Below, in pieces: positions 1 to 8,508 of a DNA stretch of 44,693 bases. Under the pieces are notes generated by a model. It searched no databases, was not told the DNA's origin, and saw nothing but the letters and a program-made list of their open reading frames with translations. Origin of the DNA: Betaproteobacteria bacterium (lineage in GTDB: Bacteria > Pseudomonadota > Gammaproteobacteria > Burkholderiales > SG8-39); assembly GCA_016189945.1 (NCBI GenBank), contig JACPRN010000047.1, positions 1-44,693 of the forward strand. The letters run 5' to 3'. The position numbers and the translations under genes are program-made. Position 1 is the first letter of the stretch. Every line of letters starts with the position of its first letter.

Positions 1-396
1 CCCCCCTGACGCCCCCTTCCCCGATCGCCGCGGCACCTTCCAGCTCCGGCAACAGGCGGCATCCGTCAGCTCGCGAAGGCGCAACGGAAGCAGATCCAGC
101 AACGTCGGCCCCTCGGTTTCGTCGCGCGCAAGGAGCGCTAGCCACGCAATCGTCAATTGACCGTCTTCGCGCCCAAGCGTAGGATGCCGCGTGCAAGTTG
201 CAAGCCTCGGGTAACCACGCGGGGAATCGCGCCCGCGCCACGATTCGCCGGAGGCGCCTGCCACCGGCGCGCAGTCAAGGGCGTTCCACGCCGAATCCGG
301 ATCTGCGCCATCGGCGCCGGCGGTTTCGATGTCGCTCTTGGTTATTTCATTGCAGCGCATCCGCGGCGGCGCAATGCGCGACAGGGGGAGCAGGGA

Positions 397-1221
397 GTGG
401 GGGAAGTCAAGCTACGGGCGGCTGACGTCAGCCTCGAGTACGTCAACCAGAGAACCGGCAACCGGCGCCTCGCGCTCGACCGGGTAAGTCTGGAAGTCTC
501 CTCGGGCGAATTCGTGTGCATCGTCGGCCCGAGCGGGTGCGGTAAGACGACTTTCCTCAACTGCGCCGACGGCCTCCTGCCGATCACGAGCGGGACCCTG
601 ACCCTGGACGGGAAGCAGATCGTGGGTCCCGGGCGCGGCCGCTCGATGGTCTTTCAGCACGCGTCGCTCCTGCCCTGGCGCACGGTGCTCGGAAACATCA
701 TCTACGGGCTGGAGATCCAGGGCTCCCGCCGCAGCAAGGCAATCGAGCACGCGCGCGAATTCGTCGAGCTGGTGGGGCTGGCCGGATTCGAGGACGCCTA
801 TCCGTACGAGCTTTCCGGCGGCATGCAGCAGCGGGTGAACCTCGCCCGCGCGCTTGCGACCGACCCGGAGGTGCTGCTCTTGGATGAGCCCTTCGCCGCG
901 CTCGATGCGCAGACGCGCGAATTCATGCAGCTCGAGCTGCTCAAGATCTGGCGCCGCACCCAGAAGACCGCCTTGTTCATCACCCATCAGGTGAGCGAAG
1001 CGATTTACCTCGCCGACCGCGTGATCGTTTTCTCGGCGCGGCCGGGCAGCGTCAAGGAAACCGTGGCGATCGACCTCCCCCGCCCGCGCCCGCTGCGCCT
1101 GAAGCGCGATTCCCGCTTTCTGCGCTACGAGGACGCGATCTGGGACCTGATCGAGGTCGAAGCGCGCAAGACGAGCGAGACTGCCGCCGATGAGGCGCCG
1201 CTGCTCGCGGCGGCCGAATGA
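397..1221 (+). CDS. ABC transporter ATP-binding protein, NitT/TauT (nitrate/sulfonate/bicarbonate) type
   Basis: Frame of ORF 157..1221. Walker A GPSGCGKTT, ABC signature LSGGMQQR, Walker B LLLDEPF. The first 80 codons of the ORF are Arg/Pro-rich with no domain, so the start was moved to GTG 397, preceded by GGGGGAG at 384-390. Exact start uncertain. Confidence 0.85.
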   Translation: MGEVKLRAADVSLEYVNQRTGNRRLALDRVSLEVSSGEFVCIVGPSGCGKTTFLNCADGLLPITSGTLTLDGKQIVGPGRGRSMVFQHASLLPWRTVLGNIIYGLEIQGSRRSKAIEHAREFVELVGLAGFEDAYPYELSGGMQQRVNLARALATDPEVLLLDEPFAALDAQTREFMQLELLKIWRRTQKTALFITHQVSEAIYLADRVIVFSARPGSVKETVAIDLPRPRPLRLKRDSRFLRYEDAIWDLIEVEARKTSETAADEAPLLAAAE

Positions 1222-1243
1222 CGTATCCGATGCGGATCACGCC

Positions 1244-2089
1244 ATGAGCGAGAAAACCGCCGAGCTTGGGCTCGATCCGGTCGGAGGCAAGGCCGATAGC
1301 CGCGCAAAGCGGCGCTGGCGGCTGTATGCCGAGCACGAGAACGCGATCCTCGGCATTCTCGGCGTGGCCGCGTTTCTCGCCGTGTGGGAATGGGCCGGGA
1401 CAACGCTGGAGAACGGGCGGCTTTTTTTCAGCTCGCCCTCGCTCGTCGCGGCCGCGTTCGCCAGGATGATGGCGAGCGGCGAAATCTGGAACGACATCTG
1501 GGTCAGCTTCCAGGAATTCGCCATCGGCTATGCTGCCTCGATCGTGGTCGCGATTCCCCTGGGAATAGGAATGGGCTGGTACCGGCGGCTGAACGCCCTG
1601 CTGGAACCGCTCGTGTCCGCGTTCTACGCCACGCCCCGCGTCGCCCTGGTTCCGCTCATCATCATCTGGTTCGGAATCGGGATCTACTCGAAGATCGCGG
1701 TCGTGTTCCTCGGCGCGTTCTTTCAGATCCTCATCACGACCATCGCCGGCGTCAGGAACCTGGACGAGAGCCTGATCAAGGCCGCGCGCTCCTTCGGCGC
1801 GAACGACCGCCAGATCTTCCTCACCGTTGCCCTGCCCGGCTCGGTGCCCTTCATCCTGACGGGCCTGAAGCTCGCCGTCGGGCGCGCGCTGATCGGCGTG
1901 GTCGTCGGGGAAATGGTCGCCGCCGAGGCCGGCGTGGGCTACATGATGACCAGGGCCGGCGCGACTTTCGATACCAGCGCGGTCATGGTCGGGGTCCTGA
2001 TCATCGCCGCGTTCGGCGTGGTCAGCATGGAGGCGCTGGAGCGGCTCGAGCGACGCTTCCAGGCTTGGCGGCCGCAGCGGGTCGCGTGA
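1244..2089 (+). CDS. ABC transporter permease (binding-protein-dependent inner membrane component)
   Basis: Frame of ORF 1190..2089. Multi-TM hydrophobic protein with an EAA-like loop IKAARSFGANDRQIFLTVALPG. ATG 1244 lies 22 nt after the upstream stop. Confidence 0.85.
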   Translation: MSEKTAELGLDPVGGKADSRAKRRWRLYAEHENAILGILGVAAFLAVWEWAGTTLENGRLFFSSPSLVAAAFARMMASGEIWNDIWVSFQEFAIGYAASIVVAIPLGIGMGWYRRLNALLEPLVSAFYATPRVALVPLIIIWFGIGIYSKIAVVFLGAFFQILITTIAGVRNLDESLIKAARSFGANDRQIFLTVALPGSVPFILTGLKLAVGRALIGVVVGEMVAAEAGVGYMMTRAGATFDTSAVMVGVLIIAAFGVVSMEALERLERRFQAWRPQRVA

Positions 2090-2110
2090 CGGATTCGCAG
2101 GTCTGGCTGT

Positions 2111-2218
2111 TTGACGAAGGTGATGAGAATTTGCTAAAGACGTCTCACGATTTTGCAGTGCAATTGCAAGCAATTGCACTGCAAAATCGTGAGATTGAAT
2201 AAAGACAAAGCGGCATCG
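2111..2218 (-). repeat. Structured intergenic element, copy 1 (reverse orientation)
   Basis: Perfect 25-bp-arm palindrome 2143-2194 (tctcacgattttgcagtgcaattgc aa gcaattgcactgcaaaatcgtgaga). Flanked by TTGACG at 2111-2116 and gagattgaataaagacaaag. Shares its architecture with six other copies. Boundaries +/-10 nt. Confidence 0.9.
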
Positions 2219-2258
2219 ACGTTTATTCCGGCCAGTTCGGTTTAGAAAGGAGAACGCA

Positions 2259-3047
2259 ATGGCATCATCAGTATTGGTCGAAAGCCGCTCGGAATCGACC
2301 GCATGGCTGCGCATCAATCGGCCCGAGAAGCGCAACGCCGTGAGCGGCGAGGTGATCGAAGCGACGATCGCCGCCCTGGCGCGGCTCAAGGACGATGCGG
2401 AAGTCCGCTGCGCGGTCATCACCGGCGCAGGCGACATCTCCTTCAGCGTCGGCCTCGATTTCAAGTACCTGCTGCGCAAGCACGAGACCGGCGAAGGCGC
2501 CGATTTCCTCGACATGCTCAGGGCGATCTACGAGTTTCCGAAAATCGTGATCGCGGCGGTGAACGGCTATTGCCTCGGCGGCGGAATCAACATCCTGTGC
2601 GCCTGCGACCTCGCGATCGCCTCGGAGTGCGCGCTCTTCGGACTGCCGGAAGTGGTCCACGGCGGCCCGCCGGGGCTGGTGGTCGGCCCGGTGATGCGCA
2701 CGGTCGCTAGGAAGCACGCCTTCGAGCTGAACCTGATGGGAAAACGCAACTGGGACGCCGCCACCGCCGAGCGCAGGGGGCTGGTGAACGCGGTGGCGCC
2801 GCACGCGGAACTGGAGGCGGTGGTGCAGCAGTGGGCAGACGAAATCGCCGCCTGCCCGCCCACTTCGGTCGAATACACCAAGCGCATCTGCCAGGAAGTT
2901 CCGGACAAAGTTTCCGGATACATCGACGGCATCGTCTTTACGCGCGAAATCGCCATGGAGCAGCGCCGGCTCTCGCCCGCGTTCGACAACGGGCTGAAAG
3001 CGTTTCTCGGCGGCAGGCGGATCAATTTCACCAAGAGCAAGCCGTGA
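2259..3047 (+). CDS. Enoyl-CoA hydratase/isomerase (crotonase) family protein
   Basis: Motifs RINRPEKRNAV, VITGAGDISFSVGLD, AAVNGYCLGGG. AAGGAG at 2247-2252 precedes ATG 2259. Confidence 0.9.
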   Translation: MASSVLVESRSESTAWLRINRPEKRNAVSGEVIEATIAALARLKDDAEVRCAVITGAGDISFSVGLDFKYLLRKHETGEGADFLDMLRAIYEFPKIVIAAVNGYCLGGGINILCACDLAIASECALFGLPEVVHGGPPGLVVGPVMRTVARKHAFELNLMGKRNWDAATAERRGLVNAVAPHAELEAVVQQWADEIAACPPTSVEYTKRICQEVPDKVSGYIDGIVFTREIAMEQRRLSPAFDNGLKAFLGGRRINFTKSKP

Positions 3048-4255
3048 CAGCGTCTGCGCTGCCGCTTTCGGGCATTCGCGTCCTGGAGTTGGGGACGGTG
3101 ATCGCCGGCCCGGCGGTCGGGCTGTTCCTCGCCGACCTGGGCGCCGATGTCGTTTCGATCGAAAACCCGCGCGCCGATCCGTTTCAGGTCGCTCGCCCGA
3201 GCACCGCTTTCCTCCGGCGCAACAAGCGCAGCCTCACGATCGACCTGGCGAGGCCGGCGGGCAGGGACCTTTTTCTCGACCTCGTGCGCACGGCCGACGT
3301 GGTGGTCGAGAACTACGCTCCCGGCGCGGTCGAGCGCATCGGCGTCGGCTACCAGGCCGCGTCCGCCGTCAATAACCGGATCGTCTACTGTTCCATCAAG
3401 GGGTTCCTGCCCGGCCCCTACAGCACGCGCCTGGCCGCAGACGAGCTGGCGCAGATGATGGGAGGCCTCGCCTACATGACCGGGTTGCCGCGCAAGCCGA
3501 TGCGCGCCGGGGCCTCGATCACCGATCTCGGCGTGGCCTCGTTCGCGACCATGGCGATCCTCGCAGCGCTGGTGCAACGCGAGCGCTCGGGGATCGGGCA
3601 GCACATCCACGGGGGGCTGTTCGAAACCGTCGCCTTCTGGATGAGCCAGCACCTGGCGATCCTGGGCGCGACCGGCACGGCGCCCGAGCCGACCTCGGTG
3701 CGGGGCGTGTGGGAGCAGATGCGCTGGCCGATCTACGACGTGTTCGATGCGGCCGAGGGCCGGCAGGTGTTCGTCGGCATCCTGAACGACAAGCAGTGGG
3801 CTTCATTCTGCGCCGAGTTCGACCTCGGTTCGCTGAAAGACGATCCGGATCTGCAGACCAACGAGCAGCGGCTGCATTCGCGCCAGCGTCTGCTCGACCA
3901 CCTCGGGCCGCTGTTGCGGAATTGCGCGAGCGACGAGCTGATGGGGCGGCTGGAGCGCGCCCAAGTGCTTTTCGCCCCGATCAACAGCCCGGCCGACCTG
4001 CTCGCCGATCCTCATCTGCGCGCGACCGGCCGGTTTCTTCAGACCGAATTCAAGGGAAAGCGCTTCCCGCTGCCGGCGCTTCCGCTGCAGAGCAGCGCCT
4101 ATCGCCTTGGGATCCGCCACCAGCCGCCGCCCCCCGGAAAGGATACCCTGGCGCTGCTCGAGGAGTCCGGCTATGACCGCGAGCGCGTCGCCGAGCTTCG
4201 GCGGCAGGGCGTGATTCAAGTTGCGGGAAATTCGAAACAGGAGGACGAGCGATGA
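3044..4255 (+). CDS. Family III CoA-transferase (CaiB/BaiF-like)
   Basis: Frame of ORF 2831..4255. Typical N-terminus LSGIRVLELGTVIAGPAVGLFLADLGADVVSIENP. GTG 3044 overlaps the upstream stop (GTGA). Start inferred. Confidence 0.85.
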   Translation: MTASALPLSGIRVLELGTVIAGPAVGLFLADLGADVVSIENPRADPFQVARPSTAFLRRNKRSLTIDLARPAGRDLFLDLVRTADVVVENYAPGAVERIGVGYQAASAVNNRIVYCSIKGFLPGPYSTRLAADELAQMMGGLAYMTGLPRKPMRAGASITDLGVASFATMAILAALVQRERSGIGQHIHGGLFETVAFWMSQHLAILGATGTAPEPTSVRGVWEQMRWPIYDVFDAAEGRQVFVGILNDKQWASFCAEFDLGSLKDDPDLQTNEQRLHSRQRLLDHLGPLLRNCASDELMGRLERAQVLFAPINSPADLLADPHLRATGRFLQTEFKGKRFPLPALPLQSSAYRLGIRHQPPPPGKDTLALLEESGYDRERVAELRRQGVIQVAGNSKQEDER

Positions 4256-5289
4256 AACGATCGACGATACGCAATTGCGCGCGGCTTCTCGCCGCACGAG
4301 CCCTGGCCGCAGCAGCGCTCGCGGCCCTGACCGCGGTCTTCTCTCCGATCGCGCACCCGGCGGCGCCGGCGAAGAAAATCGCGCTCAAGACGGCGTTCAC
4401 CAATACCGGGGCGGCGAGCGCGCCGCTGTGGGCGGCGCAGGACGGCGGGTATTTCGCCGAGGAAGGGCTGGAGGTCACGATCGCCCGCATCCAGGCCGGA
4501 GCCCCGGTCATGGCGGCGATCCAGAACGGCGAGGTGCCGATCGGCTACATCGGCGCCAACTCGGTGATCGAGGCCAATCTGCGCGGCGCTTCCTTCGTGA
4601 TCGTCGGCGGATTCATGAGCCGGCTGGGCTACAAGCTCTACACCATCGCCGCGGTCGAGCGCGCCGAGCAGTTGAAAGGCAAGGCCCTGGGGACGAGCAA
4701 TTTCGGCTCCATCACGCACGTCGCTGGGCAGGTCGCGACCGAACATCTGGGGATCAAGGACGCGGTCAAGTACATTCAGACCGGAGGACAGCCCGAGACC
4801 CTGGCGGCAATGAAGGCCGGAATCGTCCAGGGCGGAGCGTTCCAGCCGCCGGAGGACTTGAAGGCGAAGGAAGCGGGGTTCCGCGAGCTGGTCGACGTGG
4901 GCGCGATCGGGGTTGCTTTCCAGACCAGCGCCATCACCAGCACGCGCAAGTGGGCGCGCGAAAACCCGGAGGTGATCGAGCGCTATCTGCGGGCGCTCAT
5001 CAAGGCGACGCATCGCCTGCGCACCGACAAGGAGTTCGCCATCGCGACCATCGCCAAGAACAGCCGCACTGACAATCGACAAATCCTCGAAACCGCTTAT
5101 TCGTACTTCGCCGACAAGTGGACCCCGGACGGCATCCCGTCGACGCCGGGAATGGAGCGCGTTCTGCACTTCATCGCCGCGAAGAATCCCGCCGCTCAAG
5201 CCGCGAAACCGGAACAGTTCATGGACTTGACCATCGCCAACCGGATCAAGCAGAGCGGGCTGGTGGAAAAGCTCTACAAGGGCAAGTGA
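4252..5289 (+). CDS. ABC transporter periplasmic substrate-binding protein (NMT1/THI5-like, NitT/TauT family)
   Basis: N-terminal signal peptide (ARALAAAALAALTAVFSPIAHPA), then an SBP-like sequence KKIALKTAFTNTGAASAPLWAAQDGGYFAEEGLEV. ATG overlaps the upstream stop (ATGA). Confidence 0.8.
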   Translation: MKRSTIRNCARLLAARALAAAALAALTAVFSPIAHPAAPAKKIALKTAFTNTGAASAPLWAAQDGGYFAEEGLEVTIARIQAGAPVMAAIQNGEVPIGYIGANSVIEANLRGASFVIVGGFMSRLGYKLYTIAAVERAEQLKGKALGTSNFGSITHVAGQVATEHLGIKDAVKYIQTGGQPETLAAMKAGIVQGGAFQPPEDLKAKEAGFRELVDVGAIGVAFQTSAITSTRKWARENPEVIERYLRALIKATHRLRTDKEFAIATIAKNSRTDNRQILETAYSYFADKWTPDGIPSTPGMERVLHFIAAKNPAAQAAKPEQFMDLTIANRIKQSGLVEKLYKGK

Positions 5290-5323
5290 TCCGGTCCGAG
5301 GCGGGCATTCGCAGGGAGTTTGA

Positions 5324-6535
5324 ATGAGTTCAAGCATCGAAAAAGACAAGCCGGATCAAGCGGCCTGCGGGAGCTGGGAGCTGCCCGAGGACCTGCGCAT
5401 GATCCGCGACACCGTCAGGCGCTTCATGCAAAACGAGGTGAAGCCGGTCGAGGATACGATCGAGCACGACGCCTACCGGCTGCCGCCGGAGAAGCTCCAG
5501 GCGCTGCGCAAGAAAGCAAGGGTGCTGGGCCTGTGGTGCTATCGCTCGCCCGAGGAGTACGGCGGCGCGGGACTGTCGCTCCTCGGCCAGGCGGTGGTCG
5601 CCGAAGAGATATCGCAGTGCCGGATGGGCGCGTACGTTCCCGCGTGCGGCGCGCTCGGATCGGACCCGCCCAATGCGGTGTTCCTCGGCACGCCGTTTCA
5701 GATCCAGAAATACGCGTTGAGCGCGATTGCGGAAGGATACAAGACCTACGTGGCCATCAGCGAGGCGAGCGGCGGCTCGGACCCTGCGCGCTCGATCCGA
5801 ACGCGCGCCGAGCGCCGCGGCGACCACTACGTCTTGAACGGCAGCAAGATGTGGATCACCGGGGTCGAAGGCGCCGGCTGGGGATTGGTGTTCGCGCGCA
5901 CCGGCGCCGCGGGGGATCGCGGCGGAATCACCTGCTTCATCGTCGACGGCGACGCGAAGGGCCTCACCACGAAGCCGATTCCGGTGATTCGTTCCTATTC
6001 CCCGTATGAGATGCATTTTTCCGATGTCGTCGTCCCGGTCGAGAACCGGCTCGGCGCCGAAGGCGAAGGCTTCGCGCTGTGCGAGAAATGGCTGGTCGAA
6101 GGCCGCATTCCGTACGCCGCGGCCACGCTCGGGATCGCGCAGGCCGCGCTCGGGATCGCCATCGACTGGGCGCGCGAGCGGCGCGCGTTCGGCTCGACGC
6201 TGGCCGAAAAGCAGTCGATCCAGTGGATGATCGCCGACTCGGAAATGGAAATCAGGGCCGCGCGCCTGCTCGTCTATCAGGCGGCCTGGCGCGGCGACCT
6301 TGGCCACAGGCCCAAGCTCGAAGCGTCGATCGCCAAGGTGATGGCGACCGAAACCGCGGGGCGCGTGGTCGACCGCGCGATCCAGATCCTGGGCGGAATG
6401 GGCGTGGCCAAAGAACTTCCGCTTGAGCGCTGGTACCGCGAGCTGCGCATCAAGAGGATCGGCGAAGGGCCCTCCGAAGTGCAGCGCATGGTCGTCGCCA
6501 GGCACCTGCTTGGCACGCCGGGAAGGTCCGGTTAG
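5324..6535 (+). CDS. Acyl-CoA dehydrogenase family protein
   Basis: 403 aa. C-terminal ACAD signature QILGGMGVAKELPLERWYRELRIKRIGEGPSEVQ. GGGAG lies upstream of ATG 5324. Confidence 0.9.
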   Translation: MSSSIEKDKPDQAACGSWELPEDLRMIRDTVRRFMQNEVKPVEDTIEHDAYRLPPEKLQALRKKARVLGLWCYRSPEEYGGAGLSLLGQAVVAEEISQCRMGAYVPACGALGSDPPNAVFLGTPFQIQKYALSAIAEGYKTYVAISEASGGSDPARSIRTRAERRGDHYVLNGSKMWITGVEGAGWGLVFARTGAAGDRGGITCFIVDGDAKGLTTKPIPVIRSYSPYEMHFSDVVVPVENRLGAEGEGFALCEKWLVEGRIPYAAATLGIAQAALGIAIDWARERRAFGSTLAEKQSIQWMIADSEMEIRAARLLVYQAAWRGDLGHRPKLEASIAKVMATETAGRVVDRAIQILGGMGVAKELPLERWYRELRIKRIGEGPSEVQRMVVARHLLGTPGRSG

Positions 6536-6583
6536 GATGTCGGGCCATTCAGGTATTAAACCGAAACCATGGGAGGTGGGCCG

Positions 6584-7090
6584 ATGCAACCGGCACTGAG
6601 CGCCGCAGAGATCATCCGCGAAATCAAACGGGCCGGGATCCGGTTCATCGTCGCGCTTCCGGACCGCACCACGAGCGAGCACCTGCTCAAGCCGATGCTC
6701 GAGGATCCTGATTTCCGGGTGGTGCAGGTGTGCAAGGAAGACGAAGGGCTTTCGATCTGCTGCGGGCTCTACAGCGCAGGGCACCGCGCGTTGCTCCTGA
6801 TGCAGCACACCGGACTCCTCGATTCGATCAATGCGCTGCGCGGATCGGGGGTGGAGGGCCGAAATCCGGTCTGCATGATGGTCGGCCTGCTGCAGTTGGA
6901 ACCCGGCGTCAAGCCGACCGAATCGAAGCGCTACGGCCTGCGCATCGTCGAGCCGGTGCTCGATGCGATGAAGGTCGAGCATCACCTGCTGCAGTCCGAC
7001 GACGACATCGAGAAAATGGCGCCGGCGATCGAAAAAGCCTATGGCACGGAGACGCCGCTCGTCCTGCTGATCGCAACGGAGCCAAGCTGA
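6584..7090 (+). CDS. TPP-dependent decarboxylase, alpha (pyrimidine-binding) subunit, sulfopyruvate/phosphonopyruvate decarboxylase-like
   Basis: Frame of ORF 6569..7090. Sequence IRFIVALPDRTTSEHLL...CKEDEGLSICCGLYSAGHRALLLMQHTGLL resembles the ComD-type half of split TPP enzymes. GGAGG at 6572-6576 favours ATG 6584. Confidence 0.75.
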   Translation: MQPALSAAEIIREIKRAGIRFIVALPDRTTSEHLLKPMLEDPDFRVVQVCKEDEGLSICCGLYSAGHRALLLMQHTGLLDSINALRGSGVEGRNPVCMMVGLLQLEPGVKPTESKRYGLRIVEPVLDAMKVEHHLLQSDDDIEKMAPAIEKAYGTETPLVLLIATEPS

Positions 7091-7662
7091 TGACCATGAA
7101 ACGGGATGATTGCCTGAAGGCCCTCGCGCGCCAGCGCACGGGGGAGATCGTGGTCGCGGTGTACAAAGCAGCGCAGGAATGGATTCAGATCGCCCCGCAC
7201 CCGCTCAATTACACGTTTACCGGCGCCATGGGACAGGGCTCGTCGCACGGGCTGGGGCTCGCCTTGGGGCGGCCCGACAAGCGCGTCGTCGTCCTCGACG
7301 GCGACGGCAGCCTGCTCATGAACCTGGGCACGCTGGTCACGATCGCCAATGCGGCGCCGAAGAATTTCGTCCACTGCGTGTTAGAGAACGGGACTTACGA
7401 GACCAACGGCGCGGTGCCGATTCCCGGCGCCGGGAAAATCAGCTTTAGCGCATTCGCGCGCGCTGCCGGTTATCCGAAAACCTACGCAATCTCGTCCCTG
7501 GAAGAATGGGAGCGCGAACTGGGGACGATCCTGCACGAACCGGGGCCGATTCTCGTCGACCTCAAAGTCGAGCCCGCCGGAAAATACGCGGAGGATTTTC
7601 CCCGGCTCTACGACCTCAAGCACCGCGAAGCTTTCGGCCGCGCCCTGCGCGAGAGCCGCTAG
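7090..7662 (+). CDS. TPP-dependent decarboxylase, beta (diphosphate-binding) subunit
   Basis: Frame of ORF 6730..7662. TPP-binding motif LDGDGSLLMNLGTLVTIANAAPKNFVHCVLENGTYETNG. ATG 7090 overlaps the stop TGA 7088-7090. Confidence 0.8.
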   Translation: MTMKRDDCLKALARQRTGEIVVAVYKAAQEWIQIAPHPLNYTFTGAMGQGSSHGLGLALGRPDKRVVVLDGDGSLLMNLGTLVTIANAAPKNFVHCVLENGTYETNGAVPIPGAGKISFSAFARAAGYPKTYAISSLEEWERELGTILHEPGPILVDLKVEPAGKYAEDFPRLYDLKHREAFGRALRESR

Positions 7663-7717
7663 CGCCGCGCGCCGCCCGGAGCGCTCAGCCGGGCGGGGCG
7701 CGGAATCGGCTGGACCG

Positions 7718-7739
7718 AAAAAACGGGCTTATTGCCCGC
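7718..7739 (-). terminator. Candidate rho-independent terminator for the small lipoprotein gene
   Basis: Minus-strand reading is GCGGGC AATAA GCCCG followed by TTTTTT, starting 6 nt after the stop at 7745. The stem is short (5-6 bp). Confidence 0.5.
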
Positions 7740-7744
7740 TGTTC

Positions 7745-7990
7745 TCACTGGGTCTTCTTCTCCCCTTCTTCGTTCTTCGTCTCCGTCGCGGGAGACGCGC
7801 CTTCTTCTTTCTTCTGTTCCTCCTGGGCGCCGGCTGGGGCCGGCTGCTGGGCTTCGGCCACTTGCGGCTGCGCGGGAGCTCCGCTCGAGGCAGCGCTTCC
7901 CTGCGTGGGATTAGCCGGCGGTGTGACATCGGGGCTGCACCCTGCGAGTCCCATGGCCGCTATTGCGGCCGCGATCAGTCTTGCGTTCAT
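7745..7990 (-). CDS. Small exported acidic lipoprotein (81 aa), paralog of 8069..8281
   Basis: Frame of ORF 7745..8053, start trimmed to ATG 7990, preceded by AGGAG. Lipobox MGLAGC. Pro/Ala/Glu-rich low-complexity body ending NEEGEKKTQ. Confidence 0.65.
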   Translation of the reverse strand: MNARLIAAAIAAMGLAGCSPDVTPPANPTQGSAASSGAPAQPQVAEAQQPAPAGAQEEQKKEEGASPATETKNEEGEKKTQ

Positions 7991-8068
7991 GTCGATACTC
8001 CTGATGAAAAGTCGGGAATTCCGGACGGCCGGATTCGGCCGTCTCGACGGCATCGAGGCTCTCTGCCC

Positions 8069-8281
8069 TCAATCGGCCTTCTTTTCTCCTTCTTCGGTGG
8101 AGCTTTCCGGGGCCGGCGCCGAGCCCTCTTCCGCCGCCGGATTGGTGGCCTCCGCGACCAGCGGCGCGGGCGCGCCGCTCGCCTCCGGGGCGCCCTCGGC
8201 GTCGGTGCTGGCAAGGGTGATGGAACTACCGGCGGCCAGGCCCATCGCCGCCAAGAGAACCGCTATCAGTTTCGTGTTCAT
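8069..8281 (-). CDS. Small exported acidic protein (70 aa), paralog of 7745..7990
   Basis: Frame of ORF 8069..8419, start trimmed to ATG 8281, preceded by AGGAG. Signal peptide MNTKLIAVLLAAMGLAAGS with no Cys. Ends STEEGEKKAD. Confidence 0.6.
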   Translation of the reverse strand: MNTKLIAVLLAAMGLAAGSSITLASTDAEGAPEASGAPAPLVAEATNPAAEEGSAPAPESSTEEGEKKAD

Positions 8282-8448
8282 CGCTCTTACTCCTGTAGAT
8301 GTGAAGGGGGAATCGTCGGCGGGCGGATTTGGCCTCCTCGCCGCCCGGCATTGCACCACGCAAATGTGAACCCTCGATTGCCGATGGCGGGCGTTTGGTA
8401 TCGAACCGAGTGCAAACATTGCCTACTGTTGCGCAGGGGCCGCCTTGT

Positions 8449-8465
8449 TACACTTGGATACACTT
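8449..8465 (+). promoter_or_regulatory. Direct repeat TACACTT x2 with 10-nt period, upstream of the response regulator gene
   Basis: TACACTT at 8449-8455 and 8459-8465, 44 nt upstream of ATG 8509. Flanked by CTTGTTACAC (8444-8453) and CTTGTTCAC (8469-8477). Function not demonstrated. Confidence 0.3.
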
Positions 8466-8508
8466 TCCCTTGTTCACCCCTCTGCGAGCGGTGTTAAATG
8501 GCGCCGAA

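Noticed and set aside
1-156. Possible 5' end of a divergently transcribed gene on the minus strand at the left edge (open frame reading ...LLARDETEGPTLLDLLPLRLRELTDAA...).
   Set aside because: Only about 50 codons are visible, there is no clear start or RBS and no recognisable motif. It cannot be called from this window.
2111-2142. An internal promoter in the elements (conserved TTGACR followed about 17-19 nt later by A/T-rich hexamers), or a sigma54 -24/-12 box in TGGCGGCGGGAATTTGC.
   Set aside because: The -10-like hexamers are poorly conserved and variably spaced between copies. The TTGAC box is degenerate in copies 4 and 7. The GG-to-GC spacing does not fit the sigma54 consensus. This is kept only as a hypothesis to test by 5'-end mapping.
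2143-2194. The element hairpins acting as intrinsic terminators.
   Set aside because: No U-tract follows the stem in either orientation (the stem is followed by ATTGAAnAAAGnCAA or GACnnnn). Two copies also sit inside an operon whose downstream genes need expression.
1052-2515. Long antisense or alternate-frame ORFs throughout the track. Examples: 1052..2515 -, 5330..6985 -, 10372..11496 -, 10547..11875 +, 11930..13312 +, 27419..29398 -, 30971..32539 -, 32806..34350 -, 34405..35700 +, 35881..37152 +, 40234..41568 +.
   Set aside because: All overlap genes with clear domain signatures on the other strand or frame. They are Arg/Pro/Gly/Ala/His-rich with no recognisable motifs, as expected for shadow ORFs in high-GC DNA.
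7671-7700. GC-rich hairpin gccgcccgg...ccgggcggggc after the TPP decarboxylase gene as a terminator.
   Set aside because: The stem is imperfect with a bulge and has no following T-run. The neighbouring 7718-7739 hairpin has its T-tract only on the minus strand, so I do not call a + strand terminator here.
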